From NCBI RefSeq assembly GCF_000341395.1, contig NC_020304.1, positions 1,560,001 through 1,592,000 on the forward strand: 32,000 nt of DNA, in the 5' to 3' direction. Made by a program: the position numbers and the translations under genes. The notes under the pieces were generated by a model. The model did not search any database and was not told the origin of the DNA. It saw nothing but the letters and a program-made list of their open reading frames with translations. This stretch comes from Desulfocapsa sulfexigens DSM 10523. GTDB lineage: Bacteria > Desulfobacterota > Desulfobulbia > Desulfobulbales > Desulfocapsaceae. Shown here piece by piece: positions 15,967 to 25,031 of the stretch (the first letter of the stretch is position 1; every line of letters begins with the position of its first letter).

Positions 15967-17547
15967 ATGAAAAAGAAACAAGGTAGTAACAAGCATAAAA
16001 TCAGCCTCAGCATATGTCTTAATCTCAGCATTGCTGTCGTCATGATTCTTGTTTCAATCTTTATTTTCATGATCGACAAAGCACATATGAAGAAACAGGC
16101 ATTGATAGAAGCCCAGGAAAAGGCAAAAATCATCCTAGATAGAAATCTTGCGACTCATACATTTTTTGCAAAACAACTTAAACCAGCGGTTTTTAAACTT
16201 TCTGATCCGTATCGTCCTGAGGATTACTTTGAGCCAAGCTGGATGTCGTCAACCTATGCAGTCCGTGAAATAGATAAATATTTTAAATTATTAGGCTCGA
16301 AGGATTTCTATTATAAGGAGTGTGCTATCAATGCGCGTAGTCCTGAAAATGAAGCCGATGCTTTTGAGAGATCTTTTTTACAGGATCTCAACACAGATCC
16401 CCTGTTAAAAGAACGTACACTTATTCGCGAGGTAGACGGCCAATATTATTTTATGATTCTTAAACGTGGTGAAGTAATGGTGCAATCCTGTCTTCGTTGC
16501 CACACTATTCCTGAAAATGCCCCTAAAGGCTTAAGTGACATGTATGGCCCCGAGCGCAGTTTCGGGCGAAAGGTGGATGACGTTGTATCTGCAATTTCAA
16601 TCAAGATCCCACTTTCTAAAGCCTATGCGAACGCTGATAAGTACTCTAGGAAAACTTTGATTGTTTTGGCACTTTCCTTCTGTTTCTTGATGGTTGTTCA
16701 ATTTCTTATTTTTAGATTTTTTATGGTTGAGCCGCTTAGTCGGATAAGGAAGAAAGCAATTCAGATTATTGAAAACGATGAACATTTAGGTGAAGAAGTA
16801 CCGGTACCATTTACTCATGATTTAGGTGAAATGGCGACTGCTTTTAACCAGATGTCGAAGAAATTACGAAGACACGTTGATAATCTTGAACAGATCGTTA
16901 CTGAACGTACTTCAGAGCTTAATGCATCTAACGAGCAGTATAAATCGCTCTTTAATGGAATGATTAATGGCTTTGCCCTGCATGAGATTATTTTTGACAA
17001 TAACAATCGGCCAATTGATTATAAGTTTTTGGCTGTTAACCCGGCATTTGAAAGAATAACAGGTCTGAAAGCAAAAGATGTAATAGGTGGAACTGTGTTG
17101 GGAATTCTTCCCGGTACTGAGAAGTCTTGGATTGACAAGTATGGCAAGGTTGTCCTGTCCGGAGATTCAGTTTGTTTCGAAAATTATAGTGTGGAATTGG
17201 ACAAATATTTTTATATTTCAGCTTATCGGCCAGCAAAAAATCACTTTGCCTGTATTTTTGAGGATATCACTGAAAAAAAGAAGGTAGAAATAGAAAGAGA
17301 AAAACTGGTCGTTGCGCTTCAAAAATCACTTGATGAGATTAAAACCTTACGGGGGATTATTCCCATTTGCTCCACATGTCATAAAATAAGAAATGATGAA
17401 GGTTTCTGGCAGCAGGTCGATCAATATATTTCTGAACATTCTAAGGCAGTATTCAGCCACGGGATGTGTATGGAATGTTCGGATAAGTTGTATAGCGGAC
17501 AGGATTGGTATGATGAAGGTAAAAAAGACGGAACAATAGAAGAATGA
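15967..17547 (+). CDS. Membrane sensor: TM, periplasmic DUF3365/Tll0287-like heme-c domain (CLRCH), TM, HAMP, PAS, and a C-terminal Cys4 module with no recognised output domain
   Basis: CxxCH lies at aa 175-179 (nt 16489-16503) between two TM helices. A HAMP-like region is at aa ~255-305 and a PAS domain at aa ~320-435. The C-terminus reads IIPICSTCHKIRNDEGFWQQVDQYISEHSKAVFSHGMCMECSDKLY (aa 464-509). Confidence 0.85.
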   Translation: MKKKQGSNKHKISLSICLNLSIAVVMILVSIFIFMIDKAHMKKQALIEAQEKAKIILDRNLATHTFFAKQLKPAVFKLSDPYRPEDYFEPSWMSSTYAVREIDKYFKLLGSKDFYYKECAINARSPENEADAFERSFLQDLNTDPLLKERTLIREVDGQYYFMILKRGEVMVQSCLRCHTIPENAPKGLSDMYGPERSFGRKVDDVVSAISIKIPLSKAYANADKYSRKTLIVLALSFCFLMVVQFLIFRFFMVEPLSRIRKKAIQIIENDEHLGEEVPVPFTHDLGEMATAFNQMSKKLRRHVDNLEQIVTERTSELNASNEQYKSLFNGMINGFALHEIIFDNNNRPIDYKFLAVNPAFERITGLKAKDVIGGTVLGILPGTEKSWIDKYGKVVLSGDSVCFENYSVELDKYFYISAYRPAKNHFACIFEDITEKKKVEIEREKLVVALQKSLDEIKTLRGIIPICSTCHKIRNDEGFWQQVDQYISEHSKAVFSHGMCMECSDKLYSGQDWYDEGKKDGTIEE

Positions 17548-17590
17548 GATGGAATTTCTCTTCGAGAAATATTCGGAATTTTGGAGCTGA

Positions 17591-18967
17591 TTGAGGGACA
17601 TGATAGACACGTTTGTACAATATATAAATGACCATGAAGATTGGCTCATGGGGAGAATTCTGAAGTATGCTCAACAAAGAGATTACACAAAGTATACTTC
17701 CACTTTGAAAGAGGCTTGGCGTTTATCCATTTCAGGGTTGTCAAAATCCCTTGTTGAGTTGATTGAAGTAAGAGGAGACGATATTGAGCTGGGTCCCAAA
17801 GAAGATTACACCAGAGATCCAGCGACACAGTTTGGCATCATAGAAGCCAGGCGCCACAGGGAGCGAGGGATCAGTCTTGAGATGTTTCTTGGGCTGATGA
17901 AATATTACCATCAGTCCTATCAGGATTTAATCAAAGAATCACAGTTTACTACATCAGAAAAACAATATTTTGTCAATTTAATCAACAGGTTCTTTGATCG
18001 TGTGGAGATTTCTTTTTGTACAGCCTGGGCTTCTTCAGAACAAGACCAGTTGGTTGATGAGTTACAAGATCGAAACCGGCAGATGACAAACGAAAAGAAC
18101 AAATATCTCACTATTTTCGAAAGTTTATCCGAGCCTGTTTTTATTGTTTCCCCTGATGGGAATATCGAAAATATGAACCTGGCCGCTTCCAGGATGTTTA
18201 ATATTAATTCAGTTTCTGGATCAGGATACTATACAGATAATGAGGAAAAGCTAGTATTTGCAGAAGAGTTTCCCTGGTTGGCAGAGAGCTATGCTGCTTT
18301 TGTTTGGGGTAAAGAACAAAAGCAGCAGGGGGAAAGGACTCTTAATGTTAACGAACAGTATTTTCATATTTCCTTTTCCAGGTCTTTGGACATATCCGGA
18401 AAATTTTCTGAAATAATAGTGATAATTGCCGACATTACCAAGCGAAAAAAGCTGGAAAATGATCTAGAAAAACTCGCGACCACAGATCCATTGACGGGTG
18501 CAAAGAATAGGCGGGCATTCCTGCAGCTTTTTGAGCAGGAGCTAGACAGGAGTCAACGATATGATCATAAATTTTCTCTTCTAATGCTGGATATTGACCA
18601 CTTCAAAAACATTAATGATACCCATGGGCACGATTCTGGTGATAAAGTTTTAAAGCTTCTGGTTGCAGAAATTTATGGGATCCTGAGAGCGACCGACATG
18701 TTTGGCAGGTGGGGAGGAGAAGAATTTATTATTCTACTGCCAGAATCAAACATTCATCAGGCCTCAACCGTAGCCGAGAGACTGCGAGGGAATTTATCGA
18801 AGATAGAAGTCAGCACCGACGATGGTGCGCTTATAAAATTTACTGTTAGCATTGGAATGACAGTTGTTGAGAATAACGATGTTTTGCTTGATGGTATAAT
18901 AAAAAAAGCAGATCAAGCACTTTATCTGGCAAAAGATCAAGGCCGTAACAGGGTCGTAATACTGTGA
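17591..18967 (+). CDS. Diguanylate cyclase (unknown N-terminal domain, PAS, GGDEF with I-site)
   Basis: The active site reads GGEEF (RWGGEEFIILLP), and an RxxD I-site (RATD) lies 5 aa upstream. Other family segments are DPLTGAKNRRAF, DIDHFKNINDTHGHDSGD and YLAKDQGRNRV. The start is TTG 17591 or ATG 17600. Confidence 0.9.
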   Translation: MRDMIDTFVQYINDHEDWLMGRILKYAQQRDYTKYTSTLKEAWRLSISGLSKSLVELIEVRGDDIELGPKEDYTRDPATQFGIIEARRHRERGISLEMFLGLMKYYHQSYQDLIKESQFTTSEKQYFVNLINRFFDRVEISFCTAWASSEQDQLVDELQDRNRQMTNEKNKYLTIFESLSEPVFIVSPDGNIENMNLAASRMFNINSVSGSGYYTDNEEKLVFAEEFPWLAESYAAFVWGKEQKQQGERTLNVNEQYFHISFSRSLDISGKFSEIIVIIADITKRKKLENDLEKLATTDPLTGAKNRRAFLQLFEQELDRSQRYDHKFSLLMLDIDHFKNINDTHGHDSGDKVLKLLVAEIYGILRATDMFGRWGGEEFIILLPESNIHQASTVAERLRGNLSKIEVSTDDGALIKFTVSIGMTVVENNDVLLDGIIKKADQALYLAKDQGRNRVVIL

Positions 18968-19245
18968 ACATTTGACCTTAATCGTTTAGCAGGCTTGTCA
19001 TTGTCATAAGTTTCTTGGCTTTCAAGATAACAATCAGCATATATTTCTACTGTCTTATGTGATTGACTTTGCCGCTGGTATTTTCTTTCCCTCCTTGTGT
19101 GCCAAAGTGGCAATAGATAAATGATATTAGCTTTGATTTCGTAGCGTATTTCGTATTGTTTAACGATAAGACGTCTTACATCTCGAGGTTTGAACTGGAA
19201 CAATTGCTCACCAATACGTGGATTATCTGAAAGAAGCGTCGGGTG
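18937..19245 (-). pseudogene. ParE/RelE-family toxin remnant (C-terminal half only, read-through tail)
   Basis: The open frame after TGA 19248-19246 reads HPTLLSDNPRIGEQLFQFKPRDVRRLIVKQYEIRYEIKANIIYLLPLWHTRRE. This is the typical ParE/RelE C-terminal pattern (..P.IG....R.....Y.I.Y.......I....H.RR.). The N-terminal half is absent or frameshifted, there is no ATG, and the frame runs on about 45 codons into the 3' end of the GGDEF gene. Confidence 0.45.
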
Positions 19246-19553
19246 TCATTTTATCCCTCCAATCATTATGATTATCCGTGAATAAATCCAGAATCTTTTT
19301 TCTGTCACATAATGTTAGCTGGGAGGACAATTTTTTGCGTTAATGTCAGAAACGATCAGAAAACGTCTCAAGCCTTCAGATTTTGCCCAGGGTTGAAGTT
19401 GGCAGTGTGGATTTTATCTGTAATCATATCAGGCGAGAGTAACAAATTTGAGAGTTTTTGCTTAACCAACATAAGGATTTCTTCAAAATCTATCCTTTAT
19501 TTTTCCCTAAGATTTTCTTGACTTGATTTAATATTTCATGAGATCATCAGTCT

Positions 19554-22133
19554 ATGATTATAGAATTGATAAAGCCCCTTTCTCTGCTTTTGTCTTTAGC
19601 ACTGTTATTGGCATTTGTTTTTTATTTTTTTCAAAGACAGAGTGTCACTGCAAAGATTCTGTCTGGCATCCTTTACGGTACTATGGCCGTACTGGCAATG
19701 AATATGCCGTTCAAATTTACCCCTGGAGTAATTTTTGATTCCCGCTCGGTCATTGTCAGTTTAGGTGGTTTTTTTGGAGGACCAATAGCCGCCATCGTAA
19801 CAGCAGTAATTGCTGCACCGTATCGATATTTTCTTGGTGGGTCTGGAGCCCTTGCCGGAGCTTTAGTTGTGGTTCTCTGTGCAGCATCCGGCATATGTTG
19901 GCACTCTCTGCAACACCGTTACAATTTTAAAACCAGAGTATGGCATCTTTTTGTTTTTGGGCTTCTCAGTCATTTTGTAGCAATGTTTGGAATGTTAGCT
20001 CTGCCAAGTGATTTGATCTGGGACGTTACAAAGAATCTAGCAATGCCGTTTTTTTTTATATACCCGGCAGTAACGGTGGTATTGGGGATCATTATTCAAA
20101 GCATCTATCTCTTTTTTGAAAGAGATGAAGAGTTAGTGAAAACCCAAAAAAAATTAGAGAAGCAAAGTGATGTTCTCCAAGAAAGAGTTGATGAACTCAT
20201 TCGTGCGGAGAAGCAGATAGGTGAGGATAAAGTAAAATTACGGCGATTTGAAAGCATTGTTGCCAATTCGAGTGACTTTATGGCCCTCGTCGACAAAAAT
20301 TTTATTTATCTAGCCGTTAATGATACCTATGCCAGGAGTTCTGGTAAATCAAAAGATGAGTTGGTTGGAGTAAGGGTCGAGGATGTTTTTGGTACTAAGA
20401 TTTTTCAAACCGTTATTAAGCCACATGCTGAAAAATGCCTATCAGGTGAAGCAGTGTATTATGAAGGATGGTTTGAGTTTGAAAACTTTGGCAGGAGGTA
20501 CATTGGTGTTGCCTATAACCCATATATGGGGGAAGAGGGGGAAATAGAAGGTTTTACTGTTGTTTCGAGAGATATTACTCAGAGAAAGGAGGTTGAAGAT
20601 GCTTTATTGGCAAGTGAGAAACGCTTTCAAGATCTTGTCGAGAACTCAACAGACTGGATTTGGGAATTTGATGAAAATGAAATTTTCACCTATACGAGTC
20701 CACGTATCAAAGACCTTTTAGGATATACGCCTGAAGAAATTCTAGGGCAATCTGCTTTTTATCCCATGTCTTCTCAAGAAAGTGAAAGAGTTTTCAATGA
20801 ATTCATTACGTTTAAAAAGGCAAGAAAGCCATTTTTCTCTCTAATAAATATTAACCAACATAAAAATGGTGAAAAAGTTATTTTGGAATCAAGTGGTGTG
20901 CCGTTTTTTGACAATACAGGAGCGTTTCGTGGATATCGAGGTATAGATCGAGATATTACAGAGAGAACAAATTTGGAGGAACAAATCCGCCAATCCCATA
21001 AAATGGAAGCCATCGGAACGCTTGCTGGTGGCATTGCACATGATTTTAATAATATTTTGTCAGCAATTCTGGGATATGCAGAAATGGCTATGTATGACCT
21101 ACCTGATTCTAGTCCTGCAAAGGATCAGATTGCTGAAGTTTTAAAGGCTGGTAACCGTGCTAAAGATCTTGTAAAACATATTTTATCATTTAGTCGCAAG
21201 GAATCTATGGAGCGATCTCCTGTAGAAATTCATCTTATAGTAAAAGAGGTTATTAAACTTCTCCGATCAACAATCCCTACTACCATCGAAATTAAACATC
21301 ATATTGATCCTCACTGCGGAAACATTCTGGCGGAGCCAAATCAAATCCACCAAGTTCTGCTGAATCTCTGTACCAATGCCTCCCAATCTATGGCTGAGAA
21401 GGGTGGTGTCTTAGAGGTCGGGCTGATTTCTTCTCAGCTTAGTGTGAATGATCTGCCAGCAGAGTCACACCTGAAACCTGGTTACTATGTGCAGCTTTCA
21501 GTCAAGGATAATGGCATAGGTATTGAGCAAAAATATCTTGAGAAAATTTTCGATCCATACTTCACGACTAAAGAGGTTGGTAAAGGGTCCGGTATGGGGT
21601 TAGCCGTAGTAATGGGAATTGTTAAGAGCCATGATGGAATGATTACGGTTGACAGCAAACTTGGTGAAGGAACGATTTTTAATGTGTATTTCCCGAAAAT
21701 TGAAGAACAAGTTCAGGGAGAAATTGAAGATGACGTCCCCATTCCTACTGGTTCAGAAACAATTCTTGTTGTAGATGATGAGGAAAGCATTGCTGACTTG
21801 ACTAAACAGAGGGCCGAATATCTTGGCTATCGTGTATTTGCTAAAAAAAGCAGCGTGGAAGCTCTTGAATTGTTTCGCTCTCAACCCGATGCATTCGATA
21901 TCGTTATTACCGATCAGACAATGCCCGTCCTGACGGGGGAACATTTGGCACAAAGAATAAAGGAGATTAGAATGGATATCCCGATTGTTCTCTGTACCGG
22001 GTACAGTCCAGAAATAGATACGGAACAAGCCAAATTGGCTGGTATCAGTGCCTTCCTTATGAAGCCAGTTGATATGAGGGAATTTGCCCAAACGATCAGA
22101 CAAGTGTTGGATAAAGATATTTCAAGCACCTGA
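19554..22133 (+). CDS. Hybrid sensor histidine kinase (5TMR-LYT membrane domain, 2 PAS, HisKA, HATPase_c, C-terminal receiver)
   Basis: The N-terminal 5-TM block contains VIFDSRSVIVSLGGFFGGP. The H-box is GGIAHDFNNILSAILGYAEM and the G-box is GKGSGMGLAVVMGIV. The receiver shows ILVVDDEESIA...VITDQTMPVLTG...KP. Confidence 0.92.
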   Translation: MIIELIKPLSLLLSLALLLAFVFYFFQRQSVTAKILSGILYGTMAVLAMNMPFKFTPGVIFDSRSVIVSLGGFFGGPIAAIVTAVIAAPYRYFLGGSGALAGALVVVLCAASGICWHSLQHRYNFKTRVWHLFVFGLLSHFVAMFGMLALPSDLIWDVTKNLAMPFFFIYPAVTVVLGIIIQSIYLFFERDEELVKTQKKLEKQSDVLQERVDELIRAEKQIGEDKVKLRRFESIVANSSDFMALVDKNFIYLAVNDTYARSSGKSKDELVGVRVEDVFGTKIFQTVIKPHAEKCLSGEAVYYEGWFEFENFGRRYIGVAYNPYMGEEGEIEGFTVVSRDITQRKEVEDALLASEKRFQDLVENSTDWIWEFDENEIFTYTSPRIKDLLGYTPEEILGQSAFYPMSSQESERVFNEFITFKKARKPFFSLININQHKNGEKVILESSGVPFFDNTGAFRGYRGIDRDITERTNLEEQIRQSHKMEAIGTLAGGIAHDFNNILSAILGYAEMAMYDLPDSSPAKDQIAEVLKAGNRAKDLVKHILSFSRKESMERSPVEIHLIVKEVIKLLRSTIPTTIEIKHHIDPHCGNILAEPNQIHQVLLNLCTNASQSMAEKGGVLEVGLISSQLSVNDLPAESHLKPGYYVQLSVKDNGIGIEQKYLEKIFDPYFTTKEVGKGSGMGLAVVMGIVKSHDGMITVDSKLGEGTIFNVYFPKIEEQVQGEIEDDVPIPTGSETILVVDDEESIADLTKQRAEYLGYRVFAKKSSVEALELFRSQPDAFDIVITDQTMPVLTGEHLAQRIKEIRMDIPIVLCTGYSPEIDTEQAKLAGISAFLMKPVDMREFAQTIRQVLDKDISST

Positions 22134-22148
22134 AGAGGTATGATCAAA

Positions 22149-22179
22149 CCCGTGATAATAGGCGACGCATCACGGTTTT
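22149..22179 (+). terminator. Candidate terminator after the hybrid kinase
   Basis: A stem CCCGTGAT (22149-22156) / ATCACGG (22169-22175) with a 12-nt loop, then TTTT. Confidence 0.45.
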
Positions 22180-22425
22180 CCACTGTTTGGCTATGGAAAC
22201 TATTAGTGGAAATCATTACACACACTATATAATCTCCATGGAACAAGACACTCAGAGTCTTGCTATGTAATTAAAAAAATCATTAAAATTAGATTTTCAG
22301 AATACCAATTCGTTCAGATTGCCAAACCGAATCTCTCTGTTTTACAATAACTCATACAATGAGTTTGCCATGATTTGGTGTGATTAGGAAGGCTATGAAT
22401 TTTTCATATTTAATTATTTCGGGAG

Positions 22426-24786
22426 ATGATTTGTATGCCGGCCCCTCCATCCTGTGATGCACTATTACAAAAAATAGCTGGCCTGGAGGCTCAGAATCGC
22501 ACACTTTCTCTCTTTAAGGCCTCCTTACATGCTGCAAGAGAAAGCATGGCACTGCTGAATATTGAAGGTAAGTTTGTTGCGGTCAATGAATCTTTTGCTG
22601 CTGGCTTGGGATACAGCCGGGAAGAGCTGCTGGGAATGGAGGCAGTAAAACTAAAGCCGAAGAGACTTCAAGCTGAATTCAAACAAGGTTTTGCCCTCAT
22701 AAAAGAGCAGGGACATTTTTCTCTGGCGACAACTTATCTTCAAAAGGATGGTACGCCCATTGCTTGCGAAATGTCTGCCACCTTAGTGCAATTCGGTAAA
22801 GAATCTGTGATCCATGTAGTTGTCAAGGATGCCACAAAAAGGAACGGAAGGGAATGTCTCCAGCGCCGCTTTGAGAACATTCTTTCATTATCTAAAGATC
22901 TCATAGCCTATGTTGATACTGATTATATCTATCAGTTTGTTAATGAACATTTTTGTCAGAGTCAGGGCAAGCAGCAGGATCAAATTATCGGAAGCTCTAT
23001 CGCCGAGATAGTTGGGGAGGAACCATTTTTACAAATCATTCAACCACAAATTGATCACTGTTTGGGTGGTAATATTGTTCGTTATCAGGATTGGATTACA
23101 TGTAAATCTTCAGGAAGGCGTTTTAAGGCTGTTACGTATTACCCGGACCGGACTGTCCATGGACACATCCAAGGTGTCTTTGCTATTATCCACGATTTGA
23201 CGGATTCTAAACTTGTCCAGGAAGTAAAAGACGCCGAACAGGCCTTGTTGTCACATGTTCTAGACAGCATAGGAGGTGGCGTATATCTGGTCAGCAGGGA
23301 TCATGCCATCCTGTATAGTAATTCACATCTGGAAAAAACGCGTGGCCCCGTCAATAACCGAAATTGCTATGAATATATATTTAACCGTAAAGCCCCCTGC
23401 CCCTGGTGCAAAAATTCTCTTCTTTTTTCCAACGAAGAACCAATACACTGGTTACACCAAGATAACAAAACTGATCGAGTGTACGATGTTTTTGAGTCCA
23501 TGGTTGAACTTCCAAAGGGCGGTAAGGCTAAAATTACTTTTTTTCACGACGTCAGTACGAGTAAAAGAGCGCAGGAAGAACTGCTTTCACACAACATGCT
23601 CTTATCTGCTCTTGTCGAGAACACAACCTCAATAATTTATGTCAAAGATCTAGAGGGCAGGTATCTGTTTGCCAATAAACGCTTCGAAGAGCTCTTTAAC
23701 TCTTTTGGCTCAATAGCAGGAAAAACGGATTTTGATTGTTTTCCCAAAAAAGACGCAGAACAATTTTTGGAAAACGATAAGGAAGTAGTTGCTACTGGAG
23801 AGGTGTGCTCTTTTGAAGAAACATTATTTTATGAGGGTGTCGAGCGCACATATATTTCAGTTAAATTCCCCATCGTTGATAGTGAAGGTGTTTGCTATGC
23901 AGTTGGAGGAATTACTACTGATATTACCATTCAAAAATCGATTGAACAGGTATTGGCAGATAAAAACGAACAGCTACTCAGTCTGATTAACGCAACGCCC
24001 GATAGTATTTGTTTCAAGGATGGAAAAGGACGATGGCTGCTGGCCAACGAGGCAAACCTCAAGTTATTCGAACTGATAGATGTCAATTATGTGGGAAAAA
24101 CCGATGCTCAGTTAAGCCGGTACAGCGATTTTTACCGTGATGCCTTTTTAACATGCCAGGATACAGATGAGCTTGCCTGGAAACAAAAAGTATTGTTACA
24201 CGGCATAGAAAAAATACCAATGTCGGACGGTAGAGTGAAAATATTTGATGTTATAAAGGTACCACTCTTTCATCAGGACGGTTCACGTAAAGGGCTGCTG
24301 GTAATTGGTCGTGATATCAGCGAACTTATTGACTCTATAGAAGAAATCCGGGTAAAAAGCAAAGAAGTCCAGGAGGCCAATATTGCACTCCGTGTCCTTG
24401 TGGATCAGCAAAAAAATATTGTTGAACAGACAGGACAAAACTTGTTGGCAAATCTCAGACATACGGTGTTGCCGTACGTGGAGCTTCTCAGCCGAACAGA
24501 CCTGGATGATATCAGCCGGGAATATTTGCAATTAATAACTGTTCATCTCCAGGAAATCACGAATTCTTTCGTAAAAACACTCGGTGACCCCAGTATCGGC
24601 CTCAGTCCAAAAGAGTTGTTGGTTGCAGACCTTGTAAAACAAGGGAAAAGCTCTGCTGATATCAGCAGGTTGCTTGGACTGACCCAGCGAACTGTTGAAG
24701 TGTATCGAAATATTATTAGGAAAAAGTTAAGAATCAGCGGAAAAAAAATTAACCTTCAGAGGTATTTAAATGAAAAATTCTCTTAA
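22426..24786 (+). CDS. Multi-PAS LuxR-family transcriptional regulator (no receiver domain)
   Basis: Several PAS-like repeats are followed by a coiled region and a C-terminal LuxR/FixJ HTH: LSPKELLVADLVKQGKSSADISRLLGLTQRTVEVYRNIIRKKL. Confidence 0.88.
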   Translation: MICMPAPPSCDALLQKIAGLEAQNRTLSLFKASLHAARESMALLNIEGKFVAVNESFAAGLGYSREELLGMEAVKLKPKRLQAEFKQGFALIKEQGHFSLATTYLQKDGTPIACEMSATLVQFGKESVIHVVVKDATKRNGRECLQRRFENILSLSKDLIAYVDTDYIYQFVNEHFCQSQGKQQDQIIGSSIAEIVGEEPFLQIIQPQIDHCLGGNIVRYQDWITCKSSGRRFKAVTYYPDRTVHGHIQGVFAIIHDLTDSKLVQEVKDAEQALLSHVLDSIGGGVYLVSRDHAILYSNSHLEKTRGPVNNRNCYEYIFNRKAPCPWCKNSLLFSNEEPIHWLHQDNKTDRVYDVFESMVELPKGGKAKITFFHDVSTSKRAQEELLSHNMLLSALVENTTSIIYVKDLEGRYLFANKRFEELFNSFGSIAGKTDFDCFPKKDAEQFLENDKEVVATGEVCSFEETLFYEGVERTYISVKFPIVDSEGVCYAVGGITTDITIQKSIEQVLADKNEQLLSLINATPDSICFKDGKGRWLLANEANLKLFELIDVNYVGKTDAQLSRYSDFYRDAFLTCQDTDELAWKQKVLLHGIEKIPMSDGRVKIFDVIKVPLFHQDGSRKGLLVIGRDISELIDSIEEIRVKSKEVQEANIALRVLVDQQKNIVEQTGQNLLANLRHTVLPYVELLSRTDLDDISREYLQLITVHLQEITNSFVKTLGDPSIGLSPKELLVADLVKQGKSSADISRLLGLTQRTVEVYRNIIRKKLRISGKKINLQRYLNEKFS

Positions 24787-24828
24787 GAAATTTGTCGGTG
24801 ACGGTTCTAATATAACGTAAAGATATTG

Positions 24829-24860
24829 TTTTTTTCCTCCCTCCCTCCCCCCCACACACA
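24829..24860 (+). repeat. Polypyrimidine / C7 / (CA)4 low-complexity tract
   Basis: The sequence is T7-CCTCCCTCCCT-C7-(AC)4, in the intergenic region upstream of the MCP gene. Confidence 0.9.
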
Positions 24861-24905
24861 AAACCTCAACATATACCCCTGCATTTTTGCTGTATTGTAC
24901 CTGTG

Positions 24906-24935
24906 TTGACAGCCATCTTAGTTTTCATCTAGAAT
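24906..24935 (+). promoter_or_regulatory. Candidate sigma-70 promoter for the MCP gene (TTGACA-18-TAGAAT)
   Basis: The hexamers are at 24906-24911 and 24930-24935, about 95 nt upstream of ATG 25032. Confidence 0.35.
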
Positions 24936-25031
24936 GATAGTTAATATTATCAATTGTCAGTATTAATTGACAGTGTGAATATTTAAACCCAACGACTGCT
25001 GGGAAAATGTTCAATTGCCCGAAAGAATACG

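Noticed and set aside
22134-22425. Intergenic region before the PAS-LuxR gene, scanned for a c-di-GMP (GEMM) riboswitch or other structured leader
   Set aside because: Only a 7-bp inverted repeat (TTCCACT...AGTGGAA) and AT-rich sequence were found. No GEMM-like conserved core was recognisable by eye.
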